From positions 505,237-569,236 of the forward strand of contig NW_003314333.1 of the NCBI RefSeq assembly GCF_000143415.4: a DNA stretch of 64,000 nucleotides, written 5' to 3'. Below the pieces are notes generated by a model that searched no databases, was not told the DNA's origin, and worked only from the letters and a program-made list of their open reading frames with translations. Source of the DNA: Selaginella moellendorffii (lineage: Eukaryota; Plantae; Lycopodiophyta). Made by a program: the position numbers and the translations under genes. Below, piece after piece: positions 44,040 to 55,844 of this stretch; position 1 is the first letter of the stretch, and every line of letters begins with the position of its first letter.

Positions 44040-46960
44040 CAATGGAAATGGGAATGGCATAGCCTAAGCTGCAGAGCATGCAGTTGGAGTGTGGTGACCC
44101 AGATAATGATGGAGGTGTGAAAGCACCAAGCAATGAGTTGTAGGACTTGACAACTATGAGGCAACTAAGCAAGAGGTGTAAAATAACTGGTTAAACAGGT
44201 AGAAGGTAGCTACCCAAGACTTCTTAATAGCATAAGGAAGTTGGACATACCCTTACGGGGGATAAGTTGCTTGTGTTGCGATATAGTAAGTCAATGTCAT
44301 AAAAGGAAATACTCATTTTCAAGAAAGCCATCATTGGGACACCCGGACACTCTAGAACACCAGAAGGTGGTGTTTGATGTCGCGAGGGCAATGGATAAAG
44401 CCCAAGGGACTAAGTCCCTAGCGAATGATGGATAGAAGGTGCTATCCAAATGTCCAAGGTTGCAGAGACAGGAGAGGACTGTCTACCCGAGTTGGACAAA
44501 GCCAAAAATGGAATTTTGGCAAGGCTAGTGATGGGCATGTAAAGGCCCATAAGCAACAATGTAATCCCAGTGTGTGGGATTATAAGGTGAGCATACCCGG
44601 ATTGAGGAACCACTCCCTAGGCTATGGGGTAGGTTCATCCCTAAGAATACTTGCTAAAGCGTGATAGAAAGTGCAAAGCTATCCTCCTGGTCTGGAGGAG
44701 AATGACCAAAGGAAAGGTGTGAAGCCAAAAAGCAAGAAGTAAGGGGATAGAACCGTACCATAGGAATCAAAGGGCATAACCAAGGTTGGTTATGCCAGCT
44801 GGGAGTGGAGAATCAAGTGGGGGCTCGAGGGTGTTGCCGCTAGCAACCGTGATGCCATGGAGAGTCTAAAATATGGAATTATCCATGTTAGACTATGTGG
44901 CATTTTGAAGGCTTGCAAAAAGGGAGGCCTTAGCAAGCTGACGGACAGAGTTCCTTCAAGGTTCCCAAAGACGATTCTAGGTAGCTTAGTACCTAGAAAG
45001 GCCAAGTGTAAATGGTTCATGGAACGCGCGAAATCAGAGTGGTGCAGCAGAAGCGTGGTCTTGAAGCTTGCCATGAGGCAAGGCTATCAAGGTTAGGGAA
45101 GTAGTTCCCGAGTGTTCAAAGAGAGGGCTTTGAACGAAAGTCGATGGTCAAGGACTTTCACGCTTATGCAGGAACCATGTTACAGTGGTCGGAGGACTTG
45201 CCAAGCGAGATTGGCACGTCGGGGGAACAAATACCCTAGTTGAAGGTGATAACTTCAAAAAGGGTGGGCCATGGGGCCGAGCATGGAGGAGTCCATGCAT
45301 GATCACAAACATGTCAAGTGAGAGGACTTGGCAGTGTGGAGGAACTAGGTTCCTAAGCTGTGATCTATAGCGCGCTTTAAAAATAAGTTGGTGCACCGGC
45401 GTGGGGAGTCACGCCAGGCATCTTGTGTGATGCCGTCCGTAGATGCATATACGGAGGTTGGGTTCGAGTCCCGACCCTCTAGTGCTTGGGTTCGAGTCCC
45501 AAATCACTAGGGCGTGGTGATGGTTTGGAATATGAGGACACTCATATTTCGGTGGTCATGGACTCTCAGTGGGGAGACTGGTTTGGGCACACCGCCAAGC
45601 GAGGGATGCCTCGGAGTCGTGATGCACGGTTAGATTGCTTAGTGTGAAAGCTCGGCATATCTAACTTGAACGCTTTGGTGCAAGTGGCACCAAGGACGTG
45701 GTGAGTGAGATGGGGACACCTAATCTCAGTTGCTATGGACCCTTGGCCGGAAGGGCTGGCTTGGGCGCACCGCCAAGTGTGGGGGATGCCCCCGGGGTCG
45801 TAGTTAACAAGTTAAAGGTCTGGAAGACCTAGTACCTATTGGCAAACCTGTTAAGGTGCCGAGGTGAGATCACTAGGTGATCTTGTGGCTAAATAAGGAC
45901 AAGGTCCTTGTTTGGGTTAAGGAATAAGGTTCCTAGTTCAAAGTGTTGATTTGAACTATTGATGATGGTGTGGCTTGGTCAAGGTGACCAAGTGGGAAAA
46001 GCACCTTAGGGAAATGAGCTATGACATCGCGATGGCATAGTGTGTCCAAGGAAAGTAGTCTCTAAAGAGACCCATGAGAGGGTCACAAAGTTGGGCCGAG
46101 GATAGAGCCCACAGCAGAAGATGCTAAAAGAGACTTACTAGGGGTGAACACCCTAGTCTTGGCAAAGCAGAGCCTTTGCTATGGAATCAAAAGAATACCT
46201 CAAGGAGGGAGGTAGAGATTCGATGTTGCTCGGTGCAACAATCAACGGATAGGAGCAAAAGATGAGTGGCCAAGATAGGGCCGTGGAATCCCTTGGAAGG
46301 AATCCAAGTAACAAAGTTAGGCGAGGAACACTAATGTGTTGGATGCTAACAAGTTGCGGGAAAGGAAGTGTGTTTCCAAGGGGGGATTCCGAATTGCTCC
46401 GATTTGGCGAAAGTGGAAGCTCCACGGGAGGGAGCGGTAAGGTAGCCAAATGATAGGGCCATGAACAGCCCTAGCACAAAGTATGATAATTGGAACTTTG
46501 GCACGAAATAGAAGAGAGGATGATGGTGCCCTCGAGTAGAGAACTTCCTAGGATGGGAAGTGGAGTTGCACAAAAGGTGCAAGGCAAGGTGTCGGAGACA
46601 CCTAAGAAATTGACTCCAAGAAGTCAAAATTCAAAGTTCCAAAGTGCAAAGGTTATATCGATGGAAATTAAGACTACTCGAGAAGGAGTAGTGGGATTGA
46701 CTTAGAGAAGGGTCTCTAAGAGGTTTAGCGAGAACTAAACCAATAAAAGGAGAGAACCATTACATGTGGTCCAATCAGTCTCTAAGTTGGAGAGACTACG
46801 CTCCTTAAAGGATGGACAAGGCATGGTGAGCCTTTGATGTCAAACCATAGACAAAGATTGGCTAGGTGCCAAGGATGGAAATGGTAACACGTGTGGGTGT
46901 CACTTTAGAAAAGGGTTTACCGTTCGATGAGGACATCGAACTTCGTCTATGGGTGGTGGA
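44040..46960 (+). ncRNA. Putative highly structured non-coding internal domain (array of short stem-loops)
   Basis: Dozens of consecutive 5-11 bp inverted repeats with purine-rich loops; no credible ORF; G-U pairs favour the plus strand. Confidence 0.6.
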
Positions 46961-46962
46961 GT

Positions 46963-48604
46963 TGTGAGACACAAAATCCCTAGGCCCCAAAGTGGAGCTG
47001 GAAGGGCGCCACATGGTAGTGGCCGAAGCGAGAGCCAAACGAGCGTAACACGTTTGGACCAAAAGCTCCGACTTGAAAAGTCAAGAGCGGGAGTGGAACT
47101 CCCAACGAAGTGCTCGAGGAACGAGCACGAAGCGAGCAAAAGGCGAGACTCCAAAAAGGGACCCAAAAGGACCAACACATGACACGTGGGAGTGTCCGAG
47201 ATGGACTCGACTTGGAGTCCAAAGTGGAGTCCGAGATGGACCCGAGTTGGAGTCCGAAGTGGAGTCCAAGATGGACCCGAGATGGAGTCCGAGATGGAGT
47301 CCGAGATGGAGTCCGAGGTGGACCCGAGATGGACCCGAAATGGAGTCCGAGATGGAGTCCGAGATGGAGTCCGAGATGGAGTCCGAGATGGACCCGAGAT
47401 GGACCCGAGATGGAGTCCGAGATGGAGTCCGAGATGGAGTCCGAGATGGAGTCCGAAGTCGAGACCGAGACCGGGACCGAGACCGGGACCGAGACCGAGA
47501 CCGAGACCGAGATCGGGACCGAGCCCGAGCCCGAGTCCGAGTCTGAATCCGAGTCCGAGTCCGAGTCCGAGTCCGAGTCCGAGTCCGAGTCCGAGTCCGG
47601 AGCCTGAGAGGGTGAAAGCCCAAAGCGTTCGTCTCCCAGACCCTGGGGGGTTTGGTGAGCCCCAAAAGTATAGTAAGGGGGAGGACTGCAGTGGAGCCAG
47701 TTTGGCCAGGAAAGGCCAGTTTGGCCCAGGAAGGCCGGACCCAGTGTTGGGTGATGAGCTGCCCACTGGGAAGTCCAAGACTAGAGTGAACACGGACCGA
47801 CAAGCGGGGTAGCTTGGTGAAGTGTTCAAGAGCCGGCTCTAGTTCCCCCGGGAGATCGACTGGCCGATGCTCCCAGTCCAAGTGTGGGTGGCACTACCTA
47901 CTTGGATACCAGGCGTGGCTCAATGGAACCTCGCTCTAAGCCCATGGCTAGAGCACCTAAAGGCGATAGGTGGGGAGAGTACCCAGGTGGCTCGCGTAAG
48001 GCCACGGTGTTCCGAAATGTTGTCCCAAAGGCCCAGACTGTGGAAAGGAAGAGGAGCAGTCCTCTGGGGTAGCGACCAAGGACACAGTCATATGGTGAGG
48101 AAGTCCCAGAGGACCGTGGGACTTAGTGGTCGGGCCTGTGGGCCTCGATCCAGTGGCAGTGTTGGCAAACACGGCCAGGGGCAGAAAGGGACTTGGTAGG
48201 AACTGTCAAAGGGACTTTGGGGAAGGCGATTCCCTAGGTCTGTGGGCATCCTAAGGATGCTAAAGAGTGGATCTAGGATGACCACTCGTGGACACATGGC
48301 CCAGTCTTGGAGAGACGAGGTGGTGATGCAAGTGGTGTTGGACCACTAGTGCAGCAAAGGTGAATGGGCCTGGCCTTAGCGTAACGGGCCGAGATGTCAG
48401 TGGTACCTTTGGGTGTCGGTCTTGGGACCGGACACGTGGAGCACTTGGACCAGGTGCAAGTGTTGAGTGGCAGGGATGCCATTCTTGGGGCTAGCAAGTC
48501 CCAAGTCCTGAATTGGACTGATGGAGGTTGTGAATAAGACTCCTCCAAGTGGTCAAAGGTGTGGTTAAGTGACTAAAGTAGAATGGAAAATTTAGTCGCT
48601 TACA
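46963..48604 (+). mobile_element. 3' LTR (about 1.64 kb) of a second family
   Basis: Preceded by PPT-like GGGTGGTGGAGT; starts TGTGAG and ends ..GCTTACA; carries GGGTGAAAGCCCAAAGCG (47610-47627); a decayed inverted copy starts at 59406. Confidence 0.75.
47190..47600. repeat. Tandem 12-mer (GATGGAGTCCGA) and 6-mer (GAGTCC/GAGACC) arrays inside the LTR
   Basis: Directly visible periodicity; related arrays at 42560-42840, 53370-53520 and 60340-61020. Confidence 0.95.
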
Positions 48605-51600
48605 GAATCATCAATGATCGATATATCCTAATGCAAATCCAACAAGGGACCAACATCTTCAATATCGATCACTAACTCTTCTTCTTGTAAAGTTAGCATA
48701 GTCCAGGGCTAAATCACTTTTCAAGGAAAAACTCAAAGCTCACCCCTACTAAATAATCTTGTTTAGAACACAACTAATTCAATTTGCCACTCAGTTCATT
48801 TGAACATTAATACAGTTGTTAACTAGCAAATACACGAATGCCAATAACACAAAGCCATAGCTAAATCATCAACACTATTTTTTCATTAAGACTAATGAAA
48901 GTTAATGTTAATCCTAAGGAGAAACATCTCATCTCACTTAAATCTTAACATCAATAATGTCAACGACAAAGCAATACTTCAATGCCATCAACACCATAAC
49001 AAAGCTAGAAGAAAACAAGAGTGAATCACCACTCAAAACCCTTTAGCAACCAAGTTAACCAAAGTTAAAGATACTTTAGTCAGTATCTGAGACTAATCCT
49101 TCAGCAAAACTCAGTTACAGATAACACTTCCTCAAGGAGTGAATCACCACATCCAAGACTCAATGAAATCCAACACCACGAACTAAACACAACCAAATGA
49201 TATTGATAGAAGTAGAGTCGACATGCCAACATGGAAAACCCATGTAAGTCTAACGACACGATCCTCCACAACACCATTCGGTAAAGTAAACCCATCACTG
49301 ATAAATCTTCATCGAGTGAAGCAAGTGTCAACAGTCCTCAACTAAGTTTACAAGTAATCATTAGTTGCAAAGCAACCAACAATCACCCTTCAACTTGCCT
49401 TCACAAGACCTAACACTAAACTCATGTCATCAAGTCTCATCCAACATAAACATAATACCTCAAATATGAGATAAAGGTTTATGGACAAACATAACAAAAT
49501 GACCACTTGAATCCAACTCAACCCCAATAAACTCACTAATGCATTTAGCCACTAACTCTAAGTATGCCTTGAAGAGGCTAGCTATGCATGATCAACACTT
49601 AGTCGAAATTAAAGTGATGACCATGAGATGGATCTATATCGGTACACAACCTCTTTATAGACAAAGCTATAGTATGGGTACCAACATCTCAACTTTAAAT
49701 AACTAAGTTGGACATCACCATCCTCAGCCAAGGCACAGGGCTACCAAAACCAAGTCAAGATCAGTGAGAGCTCACTACTCTCATAGAGTATAATGAAATG
49801 CAAGGTGTAACTTGCCACCAAGCATAATACTACAGAAGAAAAGTACAAGGGTCACCTTTCTTAGAAAAGTGTAACGACCACTTTTCTACACCAACTCCAA
49901 ACTCTATCCAACTCAATTGCTTTAGCCCCAAAAGTCAGCATCCTTTTCAAGTTGCATCATACAAACTATTTACTAAAGTTTAGGCTAACTGAAATCAACT
50001 CCAACCCTTTCACTAGTTTGTATTGGCTTACAAAAATAGAATGGTTTTTGGGCAAAGTGATTAACAGATTAGCCATTGGAAAAGTTTAAGAAAATTTGTG
50101 GAAAATTTCTATCCTAGAGAAAGAATGACTCTCAGTCTAGAAATACAAACTTCCAAAACTTAACCAACTTCCTCCTACTAACAACTTCACATAGGTTCAC
50201 CTCAACACAAATTCTCATAACCCATAGCGTGCTTAAACTCCGAACATCTTTTTGCCCATATATCCGACATTCAACACTGATATCTGCAAAATGCAAAATG
50301 AACATCTAAAGCTTGATCATGAAGACTATATCTTCGGACATCTATATTGCACCAACACTTTTCTTCAACACTTTCAAGATCCAATGTGAAGCCAAAACAC
50401 TAACAAGAAAAATGACATGAAAAATCAAGCTTTAAGGAAAATCCTCATCACTTGAAATAATAATACCACTTCCACTAACACAAGTGCTAGTGATGTTAAT
50501 GCCTCAAACCTCACACCTTTTCCATCCAGCAATTTACTCCAAATGCTAACAGATCAACTAACAAGTTATAGCAAATGAATGCTATAACCTTTTTCAACAC
50601 CTTATGAGAAAACCCTCAAGGAAACAAGGAATCAACTTAAGCTTAGCATAATGGACCACCATTGAGAATCCAGTCAAAGCTACTACAATGCTACTTCATG
50701 TAAGTAGACTAGCTTCACCATTAACCACTTTGGGGTTGATCATCGTTTATCCAAGCAACTTCGTAAACACATTGCTCATTATCATATGGATATGATATAA
50801 ATATCACAATGACTTGATCATCAATTGAGCAACATCATGAGCAACACCCATATAATTACTTCAAAGGTTTATGTGATTATCAAGTGTCAACTCGATTCGA
50901 CAAAATGCAATATAAATGCCACACTCCACCGATAGAGACTTACAACACCCAACACCACTAACTTTTTGTTCACAACACGGATAAGCTCATGCCACTCTCT
51001 TTCCGACCAAACTTAAAACTAATCCAACACCAAGATACTCAAGGAGCAATAACAAGATTCCTCGGAAAAGAATTGAGCATTGCAACCCAAATCTTCTAAT
51101 AGCAAGTCTAAACAAAAATGGTATAACACTTCACCGCTATCCATCCCATGACTCACCACTTGTAAGATCACCATAACCAATGCATCAAGGTAGGGACTCT
51201 TGATTGCATATTGTGAACACAAGCAATGAATCACATTTCGTTGCAAATCATATCTCCAAAGAGAGAAAATGATTTACGTGTTTGATCCTCCATCCCTAAT
51301 AACTCTCTTTTTGGTCTCATCTTTGACTAAACCTTAAGCTTGCTTTTGCACTTCCTTCAGTCCAATCCAAGAAAATTTTATGAGAGAGCATAGCAATGAC
51401 TACCTGAACCAATAGACTAATCCCTACAATCTTGATTGATCCACTTGTAATCATGCCTAAGAAGGATCCACTAGTGTCGTGCTAAACAGCTACGGACTAG
51501 CCTATTTGCCACTCATAGCAAACCCAATGAAGGTTTATTTTCACCCATGGTACATGGAACAATTCACGGAACCATTGGACCAACTCATGGAACCACTACT

Positions 51601-54600
51601 AGGCTAACATTAATCCTGCTAACTCAAAGTGTAATCTTGAGTTGCAAATGTACCTCACTTACGAGCCCAAGCTCAAACTCGTGTAAAATGGTACACCTCA
51701 ATCCTTCTTATGAGCCCAAGAGCAAGCTCATATAATATGATACAACAAGGTAACCAAATCCATACCCAAGGAACGATTGCGAAGCCTTTGCACCCAAACG
51801 TGTACCCACTTGGATCATCGTTTTCATCTCTACGTATGCAACGAGACTAGTTGCCCAATCTCATTGGATAGTACTCGCTAAGACTCATCCTCTGATACCA
51901 AATGTAGCGCACGTGGTTTTGACCCTTTATCCTATGGTGATTTACCATAGGATAACACCACGAAGCGGAACCTAAACCCTCTTTGTGCCACGTGATAGAT
52001 GCCACGTGTCCAAAGGAACATGGTGCGGAACCCAAGGTTCAAGGCCTTGGGCCACTGAATGAAGGAACGGTGCCAAACTTCCAAGCGTGAAGCCAATGAG
52101 TGATGGAACCGAACCATGGAGCAACTCCTGAGCATAAAGCCCAAGGAGCAAAGGGACAGAAGCCCGGAGCAACTTGGAACAGTCCTAGAGTAACCAGCAT
52201 CCCAATGCCAGGACCAATACGCAAAACAGAGCCAAACGGAGTTTGGCGCTATTTCGGCATACTAGTGGCCTAATGCGAGGACATGGGTACTCCACCAGCT
52301 AGCATGGAATGGAACTTAAGCTTAGACTCAAGCCGGACGCAAAACAAGGACAGGCACACAAGCGGGAGCTAGACTATGCCTCTAGTTGGTCGGCCATGCC
52401 TGACCTACCCACTATCCCTACTATACATTTGGAACCCCCCACAGCCCAAGCCTCCCTTAGTATCAGGAGTTAGTCTTTAGGACAAGCTCAAAACTTACTA
52501 AATATAGAATGTCCCTAAATTGCGAATTTGGATACGGGACGAACACCATTGTGTTCAGGACGATCTCTACATTCCGTAGATATGCCAAATGAGCAAATCT
52601 GGACACTTCCATAAATAGCATTTGAGACCGAAATGAGACCAACGCAAAGGGCATGATAGCGAGGGTGTTTTGGCAGACACGGTAAGCTATCATCTAGTGA
52701 TATTGAGGGACCAATCTCAATATTGCAAGGGTTCTTAATACTAGCAAGTGCAAGCCAATGACAGGAGTTTCTCAAACCAGGCCGAGTATGCTCAGCAAGA
52801 AACATATAGGGTTCCTACCTTATGTTTATCCGATCTAAGTACACGGTCATTGACCAGTTTCTCAACTAGCTCAAGTGGGAAATTAATAACGGGTCCAGCA
52901 ATACCGACCTCCTGTCATCGTGGCAGTAAGGAAAGAATATCCGAAAGGACTAGCCGATGGGTAACTTTCGAAACCCGAAGTCACATTCGCAACACTTATG
53001 CACAAAAATGAATTAACATGAATTGATACTTAGATTAAGTTTTTGGATTAACTTTCAAAGCCCCTATAAAATTATAAACTGTTCAATCTTTCTTCTCCAA
53101 TATTTTATTAGTAATTTCATCATTTCCCCTTCTCTTGATTATGAGCTCCTGACAATTTGAATATTTTTATATTAGTGGGTTCTTTGGGTCCTCTTTTTTA
53201 GCTCTAGTTAGATTTTGATACTCTATGAAAGTTATATCAAACATTGGAGCAATCTAATATGGCATTTGAGTTGTAACTATAGCAAATTATTCAATACTAA
53301 CAATAGTAATTTTGTTCAAAGTTAAAGATTGGTATGCTGGAAAAGATTGATGGCATGTGATCTTAGGGACTCAGTCTCGGACTCGGTCTCGGACTTCATC
53401 TTGGACTCAATCTCTGACCCAACCTCAAACTCAGTCTTGGGCTCAGTCTCGAACCTGATCTTGGATCTTGAACTCGGTCTCAGAGTCGATCTTGAACTCA
53501 ATCTCGAACTTGGTTTCATCTGATGAACTCTTTATCATTCTGGTCATGGTTTCAGGGATTCTTTAGCCTACGACACCTTGGAGAGTTGGTTCCTTATAAG
53601 AACAAAAAAAGAGGCATCTTAGTGAAAAGAGATCTAATTACCTCATATAAGAAATCAATCAGTCATATTGCATGGTGATTCAATATCTAGCTTGATTAAG
53701 GAAGACATAGAAAGATTGAGTTCAGGATCGAACCCAAGACTGAGTTTAAATATTAATATAGGTTGTGATGTGAAAACAATCGTCCCACAAAGGGGGGAAG
53801 GTTTTTGCAAAGGGTTCCAAAAGTATAATAAGGATAGTGAGGTCCAAGAAATAATTTTGAAGAAACTCTCCAACAAATTATTTTATCCATATTTTTAACT
53901 GGATGTTAATAAACTATTAAACAATGCTTCTAAACTAACTTAATGTTGAAATTAGGGGCTTGCTGCCTTGTGTGGGAGTGAGCATGGACTCAAGTGCTAC
54001 CATAGAGGCCACCCAAGTAAGCATTTAAGAGCAACTCCCACTCCTAAAAGGGAAACCAACTACAATACTTCTAGCTCATATGAAATAGTGCCCCACTAAG
54101 TATTTTATGACTCATTAGTCCTTACTCTTTCCTAGGGGTTTAGACTTTCCCTTTGGGATGGAATTGGGGGAGTAAGGGTACCCATACTAAGCTGTTAAGC
54201 CATGGTGTTTTCCCTTGGAGTCCTAAAGCAAGTGATGCATCCAAAGCTTAGGATTTAGAGAGTTTAATGATTAAGTTTAATTGTATAAAAGGATGTTAGA
54301 AACTTGGAGGCTTAGTGTGTTTGGATGCTTGTGTTTGCGGGGGTCTAGTCAAATCTTAAGTTCAATCTAACTCGAGGAACGGGATTAAGAGAGAATTTAA
54401 GAATCTATGGATGGATGGCTAACACTCCATTGCTCATCTAGTGAATTTTTGAAATCAAGTAGACCAAATAGGAGCTGGTACAATAAGTGAGAACTTTGGT
54501 GAGGGAATTTAACTAAAGCCAAGGAAGTGGTAGTTGGATAGACGAGGTAAGCTGGCAAATTAGAAAAAAGAAATTTATAGCTTACAATTTGGTATCGAAG

Positions 54601-55844
54601 CCTTTTCCTTAGTTTTAGTGAAGGATATAGGCAGATTGCTAGGAGATGGCTAATGCAAGGCGTAAGAGAACTAAGGCGGAGATAGAACCTCCTTTGGAGC
54701 TAGAGTCTTCGGTCGAACAAGAAGCTATAAATGAGGAATCCTTGCATAAGGAGGACTCTAATGAGAAAACTTCTAAATAGGAGTCCAGTGGTGAAGTTCA
54801 ATCGTCAAAGGCTCAATTAAACATTTTAGAATGACAATTAGCATAAACCAATGCCCTTCTAGAGACCCTTACATGCAAGTTAAAGCATGATAAGAAGTGG
54901 AAAAAAAGGCAAAACACTACAGATGCTGGCAATGTAAAAAGCATGGACCCTTTGCCAAGAACTGAGGTGGAATCAAACAAAGTCAAACAAACCAAAGTGG
55001 AATCAGTCGTTCAAGCAATTCGTAAGTACAAACCAAAGCCCCCACCAATCTTCAAGGTACTAAATGACTATAAAGTGATGGAGGATTGGTTTTATAATAT
55101 GGAGGATTACTTCTGAATATTGTGGTTACCGAGCTTGGAGAAGGTCCCATACTTGGCAGATAATGCTAAGTCTTGGTGAAGAATAATAGAGCCCAACGAA
55201 AAATCGATAGCCACTTGGGAAATGATAAAGGCAAGGATCCACATAACTTCAAGGATGAGCTAAAGCAAACAACAACCATTCAAAAGTATGTGAATGTGTT
55301 TATGGCGAAAAGGGTCCTTATCATAGACATAGGTGATATGAATGCATTCTATGCCTTTATACTAGGCTTACAGACTTAGGCTTAAGGCGAAGTGATGCGT
55401 TGAAACCCAATCAACTACAAGAAAGCACTGGATGTAGCTATTAAGGTGCATTTCAATAATAACTCGCAAAAAAGGAACACAATGGGGTTGGGATCCACAT
55501 TTAGCAAAGGAGTTAAACAAGAAGAACATATGGCAAAGGGAAATTCAAAAAGATTTTCTCTAAGAATGAGTCTTTAAGGTTTCAGAAAGGTAGATTTAGT
55601 GGCCAGCGAGCAAGTATGTGAGGAGTCAAGCAAACTAAAGACAAATCTACTAATAAAAAGGCCAAGTCTAGTAGTAGTGTGGAAATAATATATGCTTCAA
55701 TTGTGGTGAAGTGGAACATTTTTTGAGAGAATATCCCTACATAAAAAAGGTCAGAGGCAATATGGCCATTAAGTTGGGTGAAATTTAAATTGAGGTATGT
55801 GATTTAGTCTTTAGCTCAAAATTATTCATTACACAAGCAACTTT

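Larger units (their letters stand above)
43425..48604. mobile_element. Composite nested LTR insertion (Cassandra-like TRIM + structured internal region + foreign LTR)
   Basis: Begins TGTAAGC and ends GCTTACA; TSD GAATC at 43420-43424 and 48605-48609; A/C-rich host sequence resumes on both sides. Confidence 0.85.
39401..52994 (-). mobile_element. Full-length LTR retroelement (no recognisable gag/pol), host of two nested insertions
   Basis: LTRs 39401-40569 and 51903-52994 (TG..CA); TSD CTTAT at 39396-39400 and 52995-52999; minus-strand PBS TGGTATCAGAG (51890-51900); PPT-like tract at 40570-40585. Confidence 0.92.

Noticed and set aside
45389-45480. Genuine tRNA (for example tRNA-Sec-like)
   Set aside because: No acceptor stem, and the loop at the anticodon position is 6 nt.
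45955-46020. Hammerhead ribozyme core (TGATGA...GAAA), also TGATGAG near 47753
   Set aside because: Lacks the CUGAUGA consensus and correct stem I/III geometry on inspection.
44040-46960. CRISPR-like or attC-like array
   Set aside because: The hairpins share no repeated sequence or regular spacer period, and the context is a eukaryotic retroelement.
47737-47778. Second 5S-like patch (GGGTGA..CTGGGAAGTCC)
   Set aside because: Too short and gapped to distinguish from chance.
46900-47881. Long ORFs of 157-309 aa in several frames
   Set aside because: Artefacts of stop-free 6-mer and 12-mer tandem repeats; the same applies at 42561-42875 and 60327-60821.
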